Positions 18,567 through 28,263 of a stretch of 64,000 nt of DNA are shown one piece after another (position 1 is the stretch's first letter; each line of letters begins with the position of its first letter). The stretch is from positions 672,001-736,000 of the forward strand of contig JAXSNR010000001.1 of NCBI GenBank assembly GCA_037925075.1, read 5' to 3'. The translations under genes were made by a program, and so were the position numbers. Source of the stretch: Aquificaceae bacterium. GTDB taxonomy: Bacteria; Aquificota; Aquificia; Aquificales; Aquificaceae. The notes under the pieces were generated by a model. It was not told where the DNA came from, searched no databases, and saw only the letters and a program-made list of their open reading frames with translations.

Positions 18567-18595
18567 ATCATAATACTATGACGAAAAATCGTCAA
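18567..18595 (-). promoter_or_regulatory. sigma70 promoter TTGACG-17-TATGAT with inverted repeat TGACGA-N4-TCGTCA over the -35
   Basis: Read directly upstream of the XRE-modABC operon; repeat at 18579-18594. Confidence 0.7.
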
Positions 18596-18608
18596 GCCCC
18601 TTAGCCAT

Positions 18609-19262
18609 TCAATCTCCACATCTCAGTACAAAGGCTTGAACCTCCACAAGGCCCTCTTTTAGCATGTCTAAATCCCTTGCGGCAGAGTAAGATAGGTCAA
18701 GAACTCTCCCGGGCTTAAGAGGTCCTCTGTCTATAACCTTTACCACCACCTCCTTGCCCTTTTTGAGGTTTCTGACCCTGAGGAGGCTACCAAGGGGTAG
18801 GTCTGGGCTTGCGGCGTAGTAGCCGTAGGTATCGTACTTCATTCCGTAAGGAGTTTCCCTACCATGATAAGCTTCTGTGTAGTAGCTGGCAAGCCCCCTT
18901 ATTGTAACAGGGCATGTTCTTTTGTCATCCACGCCACACCTCTGAATTTCAAGCCTTGCGGGAAAGGGTTTATCCCCAAGAAGACCTTTAAACTTTTCAG
19001 GCACGCATACGCCTTTAATATCCTCTCTTCTGAAAACCGCTATGGTGATGCTTTTGCCAGTGGATAAGCTAACCACCCTTACCCTGCTTCCACTCTGGAC
19101 TAAACTGCTGTACGCCCTGTCTCCCTCACAGTAAAAACCTTCAGTGTGTAGGACCTGGGGGCAGTTAACCTTTAGCTCTTCTCTACCTTCTATAGACCTC
19201 TCCTGCACCACCACAGAACAGGAAAGGGCAAATACAGGCACCAAAAGTAAAAACCTTTTCAT
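18609..19262 (-). CDS. rlpA: RlpA-family septal lytic transglycosylase lipoprotein
   Basis: Lipobox ALSC; G.ASYY...HGR.T, VKVIDRGP, RVLDLS..AA. Confidence 0.85.
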   Translation of the reverse strand: MKRFLLLVPVFALSCSVVVQERSIEGREELKVNCPQVLHTEGFYCEGDRAYSSLVQSGSRVRVVSLSTGKSITIAVFRREDIKGVCVPEKFKGLLGDKPFPARLEIQRCGVDDKRTCPVTIRGLASYYTEAYHGRETPYGMKYDTYGYYAASPDLPLGSLLRVRNLKKGKEVVVKVIDRGPLKPGRVLDLSYSAARDLDMLKEGLVEVQAFVLRCGD

Positions 19263-20149
19263 AACCTTTTGAATATTATGGACAAAAGAAGCCCGTTTAT
19301 GTTTTGCACCAAGCTAAAAAGAGCACCCGGAAGGGCGGACTCTGGTGGAAAATACCTCAATGCAAGAACAGTAGCCAGCCCCGAGTTTTGCATGCCCACC
19401 TCTATGGAGAGGGTTTTTGCGTAAGCCCTATCAAGCCTTGCCACCCTTGCAAAGATGTACCCAAGAAGGAAGCCCAAAAGGTTATGAAGCACCACGAGCA
19501 GGAGTATTTGTAAAGTTAAGCCTTTTAGCCTCTCCGCATTAAGGGCAAAAACGGTGGCGATTATGACCCCGATAAAAAACACCGCAAGGTACGGCAGAAG
19601 TCCTTCAAGGTACATCACCCTTGGGAAAAATTTTCTGATAAAAATGCCCGCAACCACAGGCAGGAGGACTATAAGAAGAAGGTCCATAAACATGGACGCT
19701 AAGGGTACATCAACCCTCTTGCCTACGAGCACGTAGGTAAGGAAAGGGGTCATTATGGGAGAGATAAGGGTGGAGAAGGTGGTCATGCTTACCGAGTAGG
19801 CAAGGTTTCCACCTGAGAGGTAAGTTATCACGTTGGAGGCGGTGCCTCCGGGTGCAGACCCAACCAAGACAGACCCATACATAACCTTTTCCTCAACCCT
19901 GAGCAAAAGGGCAAGGCTGTATCCCAGCAAGGGCATGATGGTAAACTGCAAAAGTCCGGCGTACAGCACCCTTAGGGGTTTTCTAAAAACCTCGGAAAAC
20001 TCTTCTCCCTTTAGCGTTAAGCCCATGCTTAGCATGATAAGGGTAAGAAGGTATGGCACAGCGGGCTTTAGGTTTGAGAAAAGTTCTTTTGCATAAAGCC
20101 CCAAGAGGCTAAAGATTATTAGCACACCTACGGTTAGTATTGCCTGCAT
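19259..20149 (-). CDS. Bile acid:sodium symporter (BASS) family transporter
   Basis: PGGTASN, IEVGMQNSGLA; multiple TMs. Confidence 0.92.
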   Translation of the reverse strand: MQAILTVGVLIIFSLLGLYAKELFSNLKPAVPYLLTLIMLSMGLTLKGEEFSEVFRKPLRVLYAGLLQFTIMPLLGYSLALLLRVEEKVMYGSVLVGSAPGGTASNVITYLSGGNLAYSVSMTTFSTLISPIMTPFLTYVLVGKRVDVPLASMFMDLLLIVLLPVVAGIFIRKFFPRVMYLEGLLPYLAVFFIGVIIATVFALNAERLKGLTLQILLLVVLHNLLGFLLGYIFARVARLDRAYAKTLSIEVGMQNSGLATVLALRYFPPESALPGALFSLVQNINGLLLSIIFKRL

Positions 20150-20166
20150 ACTGCTATAATATATCC

Positions 20167-20988
20167 ATGAAGCTTCTGCTCCTTATTCTTTTGATTTTTA
20201 ACATCACCCTTGCCAAGGTTGTGGCGCGTATAGATAAGGAGCAAATAACCTCCGCGGAGCTTCAGCAAGCCTTTAACGCCTATTGGAGAGAAATACTTCA
20301 TCTTCCCATAGCCAGGTCTACCCCCAGAGACCTCCAGGAATTTCTCGTGGAGTATGTGAGGAGCAAAATAATACAGATGGAAGCCAAGAGGATGGGCATA
20401 TCTGTGACCTCAAGGGAGTTTGAAGAGTATGTGGAGAAACACGTGGGCACAAAGAATCTAAGTGATGTGGCAAGGGAGCTTATAACTATGGAGATACTGA
20501 GCCAGAAGATAATAAACAGGGTGGCAGGAGACCTCGATATCAAGGAAGGACAGATAACCGCTTACTACTACCTTAACCTAAGGGATTTTAAACTTCCTGC
20601 GCAGGTCCTTTTGGAAAGGTACACCACCGATAGCCTTGACACAGCCAATGAGGTATACTACAGCCTTTCAAGGGGTCAACCTCTGAAGGGAGAGGGTGTG
20701 AGGGTGGGTCAGCCCATGTGGTATTCTATTCAGACACTGCCAGAAGTAGTAAGACGCCAGCTTTATCCCTATGAGATGGGTAGGGCTACGAAGCCTATAG
20801 AGGTTGGTGGAAGCTATGTTATCTTCAGGGTGGCGGATAGAAGGGGAAGTGGTATAATGCCCCTTGAGGAGGCAAAGCCTATAGTAAGGGAAAAGCTCCT
20901 TAGGGAAAAAAGGCAGGAGGTATTCCAAAAATGGTTTCAGGAAGCTTCAAAAAGGTACTCTGTGGAGTTTTACTTTGGACAGCTCTGA
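20167..20988 (+). CDS. SurA/PrsA-like periplasmic chaperone/PPIase
   Basis: Signal peptide from M at 20167, VVARID.EQIT, degenerate parvulin, PLEEAKP.V...L. Confidence 0.75.
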   Translation: MKLLLLILLIFNITLAKVVARIDKEQITSAELQQAFNAYWREILHLPIARSTPRDLQEFLVEYVRSKIIQMEAKRMGISVTSREFEEYVEKHVGTKNLSDVARELITMEILSQKIINRVAGDLDIKEGQITAYYYLNLRDFKLPAQVLLERYTTDSLDTANEVYYSLSRGQPLKGEGVRVGQPMWYSIQTLPEVVRRQLYPYEMGRATKPIEVGGSYVIFRVADRRGSGIMPLEEAKPIVREKLLREKRQEVFQKWFQEASKRYSVEFYFGQL

Positions 20989-21773
20989 GCTTTCCCGCGG
21001 TCTTGGTGGATAGGGTGGTTGCCTTTGTAAATTCAGAGCCTATTCTTGAAAGCGACATAAAGATGGGTATGCTATACTATGCTACCTCAGACAGGAAACA
21101 GATTCTCAACAAGCTTTTGGAAGACATGCTCTTTTATCAGTTTCTTACGGGAAGAGGCTTGCAAGCCCCTTCTGAACTTATAGAGGAAGCTCTCCAAAAC
21201 ATTGCAAAGGCCAACAAAACAACCCTTGAAGGCATAGCCCAAGAGCTTGCAAAAGAAAGCCTCAGTCTTCAGGACCTTAGGAGATTCTTAGAAAGAGAAC
21301 TTCTTGCCACACAAGGGCTTAGTGCTTTCCTTGAGAGAGAAGTTAAGGTCTCTAATGTGGAGCTTGAGCTGGAAAGACTAAAAAGCGGTAATGTAAAGGT
21401 GGTTAGGGAAATAGAACTTCTTGTGATTGACAGAAAAGATGAAGGGAAGTTAAGGACAACCTTTAGCCCAGAGAAGGGGCTTGAGAAGCTGGCTCAGGAG
21501 ATGGGCTTGAGCTTAGAAAAACTGAAGGTTGGAAAGGGTGAGTTGGTTGAGCCCTTAGACAGAGAAGTTTGGAAAGTAAATGTGGGTGGGCTTGCTTTTG
21601 CTGAAGACAAGGAGCATATATACATGGCCAGGGTTTTGTCGCAGGAGGAGGTAGTTGAGGGTAAAAGCGCGGAGGAACTAAAGCAGGAAATCCTTCTAAG
21701 AAAGTTGGAAGCCAGAAGAAAGGAGCTTCTTGAAAGGCTAAGAAAGAACAGCTTTATAAAGATAGTCCAATAA
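20931..21773 (+). CDS. SurA N-terminal domain protein
   Basis: Signal peptide, VDRVVAFVN.EPIL.SD, C-terminal LRKNSFIKI. Confidence 0.75.
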   Translation: MVSGSFKKVLCGVLLWTALSFPAVLVDRVVAFVNSEPILESDIKMGMLYYATSDRKQILNKLLEDMLFYQFLTGRGLQAPSELIEEALQNIAKANKTTLEGIAQELAKESLSLQDLRRFLERELLATQGLSAFLEREVKVSNVELELERLKSGNVKVVREIELLVIDRKDEGKLRTTFSPEKGLEKLAQEMGLSLEKLKVGKGELVEPLDREVWKVNVGGLAFAEDKEHIYMARVLSQEEVVEGKSAEELKQEILLRKLEARRKELLERLRKNSFIKIVQ

Positions 21774-22535
21774 CTCTGTAAGGTTGTCAAAAACAAGGTC
21801 TGGTCTAAATTGAGCCTTTAAAAGCTCTTCCCTCTTGTACTTACCTGTGGTCATGAATACGGTCTTTATGCCAAGATCCTTTGCACCCATCAGGTCTGTG
21901 TATAGGTCGTCGCTCACCAGATATATCTCATCACCCTTTAGACCTTCTAAGGCATACTTTATAAACTCTTCAGAAGGCTTTCCAAGGTTTGGCAAATCCT
22001 CACGGTAGTTGCAAGCGTAGGCTATAGCAAGGGCAACAGAACCAGCACCAAGAAAGTAAAGCCCGTCGTCGTCTTTTACTATCCTACTGAGGTTTATGGG
22101 AATTATCCTTGCTCCACTAAGGAAGACTGCGGAGGTTGCGGTCTTAAGTTTTCCAAAGTCCAAGTTTTTGTCCTGACCTATAACTACCGCGTCTACCCTA
22201 TGGTCCTGAACCACTTCAAAGCCAAGAGCTTTTAGGTATTCTTCAACGACTGGCATACCTACAAAGAACACCCTCTTTATGCCATGCCTTTTAAGATAGT
22301 CTCCAAGAAGGGACAAGGGAGATATAAACTCCTCATCTTTAAGTTCAACACCCTTTTCTCTCAGTTCCCTCAGAAGTTTTTCCGGTGGCCTTGTGGAGTT
22401 GTTGGAAACCAATCTAAAGGGAACCTTTAGCTTCCTAAGGTTCTCAAGGAAGTTTATTGTATCTTCAAAAGGGTTTAAAGCCTTGTCCTTTACCAGAACA
22501 CCGTCAAGGTCCAGTAATAAGATGGGAAGGCTCAT
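21738..22535 (-). CDS. HAD-IIA (NagD-like) hydrolase
   Basis: DLDGVL, SNNS, GKPS, SDDLYTD. Confidence 0.88.
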   Translation of the reverse strand: MSLPILLLDLDGVLVKDKALNPFEDTINFLENLRKLKVPFRLVSNNSTRPPEKLLRELREKGVELKDEEFISPLSLLGDYLKRHGIKRVFFVGMPVVEEYLKALGFEVVQDHRVDAVVIGQDKNLDFGKLKTATSAVFLSGARIIPINLSRIVKDDDGLYFLGAGSVALAIAYACNYREDLPNLGKPSEEFIKYALEGLKGDEIYLVSDDLYTDLMGAKDLGIKTVFMTTGKYKREELLKAQFRPDLVFDNLTELLDYLYKAVLS

Positions 22536-22771
22536 TGCCTAAAGGGTATGCTGATCCAGAGCTCGTCAAAATCATCCACACCCTTTCTTATATCTACCTC
22601 TATCTTATTAACCTCAAATTGGGAATACTTGGAAAATACATATATAAGGTCATCCCTTAGCTTTTCAACAAAATTGGGTGGAAGGCCCTTCCTTTCGTAG
22701 GAGAGAACCAGGGTAAGCCTCCTTTTAGCTTCATCCTTGCTCTTACCCCTGTTAAAGAGAAACCCCCACAT
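22532..22771 (-). CDS. minE: Cell division topological specificity factor
   Basis: AK.RL.LVL..ER, LRDDLI.V.SKY; follows minD. Confidence 0.92.
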   Translation of the reverse strand: MWGFLFNRGKSKDEAKRRLTLVLSYERKGLPPNFVEKLRDDLIYVFSKYSQFEVNKIEVDIRKGVDDFDELWISIPFRQ

Positions 22772-22776
22772 CCTTC

Positions 22777-23565
22777 TTATCTCCCTAAGAGTCTTTCAAA
22801 AAGTCCTTTTTTCTCGCCGTATCGGATCATGGGAACATCTTCACCTTCGAGCCTTCTTGCCATGTCCATGATGGCTTTTGAAGCGTTGTATTCCTTTGAA
22901 AGAACTATGGGTTCTCCTCTGTTGGTAAAGTCCACAAGCTTTGGCTCTTCTGGCACTATACCTATAGGTTGGGCTTTTAGTATATCTACTATGTCCTCTA
23001 CCGAGAGCATCTCACCCTTTTTAACGCTTTCCCACTTTATCCTGTTGATCACAAGATAGTACTCCTTTTTGCCCATGTTTTCCAAAAGTCCTATTATCCT
23101 GTCTGCATCCCTTATGGAAGAAACTTCAGGGTTTACCACCACCAAGGCAATGTCTGCGGGCAAGGCGGCTATCTGAAAACCCTGTTCTATACCAGCGGGG
23201 GAGTCTATAAATATGTAATCGTATTCACCAGATTCTTTTATTCTGTTTATTAGCTCTACCCACCTGTCTCTGTCTATAGCGTCTTTGTTTTTTGTCTGGT
23301 TTGCGGGAAGAAGCCATAGGGTTAGCCCTCTCTTGTCCTTTACAAGAGCCTTATGAAACTCAACTCTACCCTCAAGTACATCAAGCACATCGTAAACTAT
23401 CCTGTTTTCAAGCCCCAGTATCATATCAAGGTTTCTCAGACCTATGTCTGCATCTACCGCAAGAACTCTTCTGCCAAAGCTTGCAAGAGCAATACTTAAG
23501 TTGGCGGTTATAGTGGTTTTACCTACACCCCCCTTTCCAGATGTAACCACAAAAACTTTACTCAT
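22777..23565 (-). CDS. minD: Septum site-determining ATPase
   Basis: SGKGGVGKTT, DIGLRNLD, PEVSSIRDADR, amphipathic C-terminal helix. Confidence 0.97.
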   Translation of the reverse strand: MSKVFVVTSGKGGVGKTTITANLSIALASFGRRVLAVDADIGLRNLDMILGLENRIVYDVLDVLEGRVEFHKALVKDKRGLTLWLLPANQTKNKDAIDRDRWVELINRIKESGEYDYIFIDSPAGIEQGFQIAALPADIALVVVNPEVSSIRDADRIIGLLENMGKKEYYLVINRIKWESVKKGEMLSVEDIVDILKAQPIGIVPEEPKLVDFTNRGEPIVLSKEYNASKAIMDMARRLEGEDVPMIRYGEKKGLFERLLGR

Positions 23566-24141
23566 CTAGACCCTCTCAAGTATTATATTACCATCTTCGA
23601 CCTTTGCAATCTCAGGATAGCCCGGAGATTTTCTTTCCTCCTCATCCATTATGGCAACCTTCTTTCCTATTCTAATCTGCTGTGGCTCCATTTCCAGGGC
23701 AACTACAACTGCCTTTTCGTCTCCTAGAGCTCCTGCTATAGCTATGCCTCTAAGCTTTCCCATAACTATAATGTTACCCGTTGCCACTACCTGTGCATCC
23801 TTGTTTACATCACCCAAAATTAGTATGTCCCCGTTGTGCTCCACCCTTTGTCCTGACCTTAGATGCCTTTGAACCACTAAAAGCCTCTCCTTCCTACTTG
23901 TTTCTAAGCCTGCAAAGCTTAATCTTTTTACGCTTTTTATGTTCCTTTCCGTAAGAGCCTTTTCTATCTTTTCAATCTCTCCCCTCTTAAGCAATCCCTT
24001 TCCATCTATAAGTACATAACTCCCTTCAAAAAGCTTTGAGGAAACCTTATGCTCTATTTCTTCTACCAGGGAATTTATATCCCCTCCTTCTTTTATCTCT
24101 ATCACCACAACAGGAAGATTGATACCCTTTATCTCCACCAT
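23566..24141 (-). CDS. minC: Septum site-determining protein
   Basis: LRSGQ, GDVN, G.LRG.A.AG. Confidence 0.93.
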   Translation of the reverse strand: MVEIKGINLPVVVIEIKEGGDINSLVEEIEHKVSSKLFEGSYVLIDGKGLLKRGEIEKIEKALTERNIKSVKRLSFAGLETSRKERLLVVQRHLRSGQRVEHNGDILILGDVNKDAQVVATGNIIVMGKLRGIAIAGALGDEKAVVVALEMEPQQIRIGKKVAIMDEEERKSPGYPEIAKVEDGNIILERV

Positions 24142-24146
24142 GTTTT

Positions 24147-24222
24147 TGGCTCCGGGGGAGGGACTCGAACCCCCAACCTGACGGTTAACAGCCGCCTGCT
24201 CTGCCCGTTGAGCTACCCCGGA
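24147..24222 (-). tRNA. tRNA-Asn (GUU)
   Basis: TCCGGGGTAGCTCAA...GGCGG-CT-GTT-AA-CCGTC...GGTTCGAGTCC...GGAGCCA, 76 nt with encoded CCA. Confidence 0.96.
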
Positions 24223-24270
24223 TTCAATAATATATTATACACCCATTTAATCCTTTGGTATACTTTTATC

Positions 24271-25416
24271 GTGCTGAGAAACTGGGATGGGTGGATTGTT
24301 TTTAGCGTGGTTTCTTTGTTTCTGGTGGGGGAGGTTGTAATAATCAGCGTTAACTTAGTTCCGTATTTTATGGACTCTTACAAAAATCTTGGCATATACA
24401 AAAAACCACTCCTTCAACTTATGGTTTTCTCCTTTGGTTTTATGCTGGCAAGTTTTCTTGCAAGGTTTGATTACAAAAAATACATGAGCGGAGCTTTTCC
24501 GTATCTTTTTGCCCTTTCTGCTGTTTTTAGCCTCTTGGTAGTCTTTTTGAAAAAGATACTAACTGGAAAGTCCATTGATAGGTGGCTTTTGGAGGGAAGT
24601 ATCCAGCCCATGGAGTTTGCCAAGATTGCCCTTGTTGTGTTCCTCTCCTACTATATAGTGCGAAAAGGAAACCTAAGGCAATGGAAACATCTTTTCTGGG
24701 CTTTACTTTTCCCCATTTTTATGGTTCTTTTGCTTCTTGCACAACCCGATAAGGGTGGAGCGGTTTTTATACTTCTGATAACATCCCTTATGGTTTATGT
24801 GGGTGGTGTTCCCAAAAGGGTCTATTTCATAGTGATTCCTATATTTTCTTTTATGGCTTACCACATACTTACCTCAAAAGGCTATGTGGCAGAGAGGCTT
24901 TCCGCGTGGAAAGACCCTTTTCTGGACGCAGAAGACAGTGGATACCAGATAATACAGTCCCTTTATGCCCTTGCTAAGGGTGGGTTCATAGGAATAGGCA
25001 TGGGTCAAGGTCTTCAAAAACTTGGACCTTTGCCGGCTTCCGATACAGACTATGTGATTGCTATTGTAGGGGAGGAGATGGGCTTTTTGGGTGTTCTTCT
25101 TGTCATAATCCTCTACGCTATACTGGTGGGAAGATTGCTATGGTATGCCTTAAGGGCTAGGGGGCAAATGGAAAAGCTTCTACTTTTTGGAACCGCCATG
25201 AACCTTGCTCTTTCCTTTCTTTGGAACCTTGCCATGGCTTCAAACCTTATACCTCCAAAGGGGATAGCCCTACCCTTTGTAAGCTATGGCTCTTCTAACC
25301 TTCTCGCATCCCTGATTTTTCTTGGTATAGCCCAGTCGGTTGTAAACCATCAGGAAGGGACCTTCTTCAGTGAATCAAGAACATCATCCACACTTACCGC
25401 CTTTAAACATGCATAG
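24271..25416 (+). CDS. ftsW: SEDS peptidoglycan polymerase (FtsW/RodA family, FtsW-like)
   Basis: RW....SIQP.EFAK, QPD.G, GYQI.QS, LP...TD, P.KGI.LPFVSYG; true start GTG 24271 after the tRNA. Confidence 0.85.
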   Translation: MLRNWDGWIVFSVVSLFLVGEVVIISVNLVPYFMDSYKNLGIYKKPLLQLMVFSFGFMLASFLARFDYKKYMSGAFPYLFALSAVFSLLVVFLKKILTGKSIDRWLLEGSIQPMEFAKIALVVFLSYYIVRKGNLRQWKHLFWALLFPIFMVLLLLAQPDKGGAVFILLITSLMVYVGGVPKRVYFIVIPIFSFMAYHILTSKGYVAERLSAWKDPFLDAEDSGYQIIQSLYALAKGGFIGIGMGQGLQKLGPLPASDTDYVIAIVGEEMGFLGVLLVIILYAILVGRLLWYALRARGQMEKLLLFGTAMNLALSFLWNLAMASNLIPPKGIALPFVSYGSSNLLASLIFLGIAQSVVNHQEGTFFSESRTSSTLTAFKHA

Positions 25417-26294
25417 GTTCCTGTTTTGCATAACTTAGGGTTTGGCGAACAGGGTGAGCAGTGAAGTTGGGGCTTTAGATATTCACCTATCAATGGATAA
25501 AAGCCATATTCTGGTGAGGTTGAAGTATATACGCTGATGGCAGGAATTCCAAGGGCGTTGGCTATATGCACGGGTGCTGAGTCGCAAGAGATGACAACCT
25601 TTGACAGACTTATTACAGCCATAAGCTCTCTCAGAGTGGTTTTGCCCACGAGGTTTATGGAAGGGGTCTCTTCAAAAATGCCTGCCTTGTCTTTATCCCT
25701 CTCCACTCCAATCACCACCGAAGGAATCTCTAACCTTTTGGAAAGCTCCACCCATCCTTCAAGGTTCCACTCTTTTAGCCTAAAGTTGGAAAAGGGAGAA
25801 AGCACCACAAAAGCCTCTGGAAGGCTAAACTTTTCCTTTACTTGCTCTTTTTCTTCCTCCGATACATACAGGTAAGGCCTTCTTTCAAAGCTCCTTATAC
25901 CCAAGGATTTCAAAAGCTCAAGGTTTCTGTCCACCTCATGTATTCCCCATCTGTGCTTCACCGTGTGCGTGTAAAGCCATCTTAGCTCCGACCTGTCAAA
26001 GCCAATCCTTACCGGCACGCCCGCAAAGAAGAGTATAAGGGCACTCCTTGCAGAAATGTGAGGGCTTATAGCTATATGGTAATCCTTGATCCTTTCAACT
26101 ATTTCAAAACTTTCCCAAAGACCCTTATCAAAGGTTATAAGCTCTACATCCAATCCCTTTAAAAGGTCTTTTATAAAGCTCCTTCCCACAAAGGCTATCT
26201 GTGAGGAGGGAAAGCACCTTTTAAGCGTCCTTATAAGGGGAGTGGTGAGAACCACATCCCCAAGGTAAGCGGTTTGCCATATGAGGACCTTCAT
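25350..26294 (-). CDS. GT9 LPS heptosyltransferase (WaaF-like)
   Basis: QTAYLGDVVL.TP, K.W, L.GKT.L.EL, DSAP.H.A.A. Confidence 0.87.
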   Translation of the reverse strand: MKVLIWQTAYLGDVVLTTPLIRTLKRCFPSSQIAFVGRSFIKDLLKGLDVELITFDKGLWESFEIVERIKDYHIAISPHISARSALILFFAGVPVRIGFDRSELRWLYTHTVKHRWGIHEVDRNLELLKSLGIRSFERRPYLYVSEEEKEQVKEKFSLPEAFVVLSPFSNFRLKEWNLEGWVELSKRLEIPSVVIGVERDKDKAGIFEETPSINLVGKTTLRELMAVISLSKVVISCDSAPVHIANALGIPAISVYTSTSPEYGFYPLIGEYLKPQLHCSPCSPNPKLCKTGTYACLKAVSVDDVLDSLKKVPS

Positions 26295-26719
26295 CTAATC
26301 CCAGATATACTGGCTATCTTCCACTTCTTTTCATCCTTTATCACTATAAAGGTAAATATCTTTTCAACGCCCCCCTTGTCTATAACCTTCACCATAACCT
26401 CCGCGTGCTTGTCATCTATTTTGCTTGCATCAAGCACTTTAACCTTCTTTATGTTCTCTCCCATGGAAGACAAAAGACAGGCAAGCACTTCCGATGGCTT
26501 CATCTCGGTAAGCTGTAGGGGAAGCTTTACATCCTGCACTAAGGCATCCCTAAAGGGAGGGTACAAAAGCTTTACCGCCTCTTTGCCTTCACCATCTCTT
26601 ATCTCTTCAATAAAGTCCTTTACAAGGTTTCTTGCGGACTTTTCTGGGTTTTCTCCGCAAGCCCTGAAAACAAAAAAGGCAAGGAGTACAGCTCCAACCG
26701 CAAGGGCAACCTTTTTCAT
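26291..26719 (-). CDS. Membrane-anchored hypothetical protein (NTF2-like/DUF4878-like)
   Basis: N-terminal hydrophobic segment; PE.....F, A.V.V, K...WKI pattern. Confidence 0.55.
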   Translation of the reverse strand: MKKVALAVGAVLLAFFVFRACGENPEKSARNLVKDFIEEIRDGEGKEAVKLLYPPFRDALVQDVKLPLQLTEMKPSEVLACLLSSMGENIKKVKVLDASKIDDKHAEVMVKVIDKGGVEKIFTFIVIKDEKKWKIASISGIR

Positions 26720-28143
26720 ACTTTTACCTCCTCTATGAGATACTTATGGATAGCTTGTGAAGCTTTTCTTCCCTCCGCTAAAGCCCTCACCACCGTATCC
26801 CCACCGTTTACCGCATCTCCCCCTGCAAAAAGCCCCTTTATGGAAGTTCTAAAGCCCTCATCCACTTTAATAGTTCCCCACTTGGTAAGCTCAAGACCGG
26901 GCATATCCTCGTAAGCTACAGGGTTTGCCTTCTGACCTATGGCAAAGATCACAGAGTCGCACTCTATTATGTGCTCGGAACCTTCTATAGGTACGGGTCT
27001 TGGTCTTCCACTTTCGTCAGGCTCACCAAGTGCCATTCTTATGCATTTTAGCCCTGCCACTTGTCCCTCATTGTTTCCAAGTATTTCCACAGGTTGAGTT
27101 AGCCAGTGTATTATGGCTCCCTCTTCTGATATGTGATCCCACTCCTCTTGGCGTGCGGAGGAGGTCTCCCTGGTTCTTCTGTAGACCACATGCGTCTCCA
27201 CTCCAAGCCTGAGGGCTGTTATGGCACAGTCCACCGCGGTAAAGCCACCGCCTATGATGGCTGTTTTTCTTCCAAGGTTTACGGGCGTTCCGCCTTCTGG
27301 GAAAAGGTCTCCCCTAAAAAGCCCTACCCTTGCGAGCACCTCTATGGCGGAATAAACACCTTTGAGGTGGTCTCCCTTTATACCAAGAGAGCCCCTACCA
27401 GCACCAACACCAAGAAAAACCGCATGGTATTTTTCCAAAAGCTCCGAAAGTTTTACAGTCCTCCCTACCACATAACCAAAGAAGAACTTAACACCCAACC
27501 TCTCAAGCCTTCTTATCTCCCACTCTAACACATCCCTTGGAAGCCTAGCATGGGGTATGCCATATGCCATAACACCACCCGCCTTTGAAAGGGCTTCAAA
27601 GATGTGGACTTCATGCCCTAACCTGGCAAGGTCGTAGGCACAGGCAAGCCCGGCAGGTCCAGCCCCAACAACCGCCACCCTGTAGCCCATAGGCTCCGCC
27701 CTTTTGCCATCAACCTCAAGCCCCGATATTCTCACAAAGTCTCCCACAAACTTCTCCAAAGCCCCTATGCTTACAGGTAGTCCTTTATTTTTTCTGCCTC
27801 TGACCGTGTCGTAGTAGAGAATACATGAGCCTTCACATTGCCCTTCTTGAGGACATATCCTTCCGCAGATGGATGGAAAGGGGTCCGTTTCTATTATCTT
27901 TTTATACGCTCCAATTAGGTCTCCTTCTGTTATCTTCTTTATAAAGCCCGGTATATCCACGTGAATGGGACATCCCTTTATACACCTCTGGTCCGCATCC
28001 TTACAAAAAAGACATCTTTGTGCCTCGTCAAGGGCAAGGCTCACCGAGTAGCCAAAGGCGTACTCTCTAAAGGTCTTTACCCTCTCAGAGGGAGGCATAA
28101 GAGGTTCTGTGTTTCTGTCTTCGTATCTTATACGCTTAGCCAT
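26716..28143 (-). CDS. GltD/SudA/NfnL-like NADPH-dependent FAD/Fe-S oxidoreductase
   Basis: EAQRCLFC....C..GCP, GRICPQ..QC, GAGPAG, GGG.TA.D, YRR, GGD..G..TVV.A. Confidence 0.88.
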   Translation of the reverse strand: MAKRIRYEDRNTEPLMPPSERVKTFREYAFGYSVSLALDEAQRCLFCKDADQRCIKGCPIHVDIPGFIKKITEGDLIGAYKKIIETDPFPSICGRICPQEGQCEGSCILYYDTVRGRKNKGLPVSIGALEKFVGDFVRISGLEVDGKRAEPMGYRVAVVGAGPAGLACAYDLARLGHEVHIFEALSKAGGVMAYGIPHARLPRDVLEWEIRRLERLGVKFFFGYVVGRTVKLSELLEKYHAVFLGVGAGRGSLGIKGDHLKGVYSAIEVLARVGLFRGDLFPEGGTPVNLGRKTAIIGGGFTAVDCAITALRLGVETHVVYRRTRETSSARQEEWDHISEEGAIIHWLTQPVEILGNNEGQVAGLKCIRMALGEPDESGRPRPVPIEGSEHIIECDSVIFAIGQKANPVAYEDMPGLELTKWGTIKVDEGFRTSIKGLFAGGDAVNGGDTVVRALAEGRKASQAIHKYLIEEVKV

Positions 28144-28199
28144 TAGTTAATAATTATATGCGTAGAAGGTGAATTGTAGCAAAACTTACAAGAGACCCC

Positions 28200-28228
28200 T
28201 TGACAAATGAAAAAGATTTGCATATAAT
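28200..28228 (+). promoter_or_regulatory. Consensus sigma70 promoter TTGACA-17-TATAAT for rubrerythrin
   Basis: Exact consensus hexamers with 17-nt spacer, followed by SD AAGGAGGT. Confidence 0.85.
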
Positions 28229-28263
28229 ATATATAACCAAAAACCTTAAAGGAGGTGTTAGAC

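Noticed and set aside
24049..24270. N-terminal extension of ftsW
   Set aside because: Overlaps minC and tRNA-Asn on the opposite strand; extended -10 and GTG at 24271 fit better
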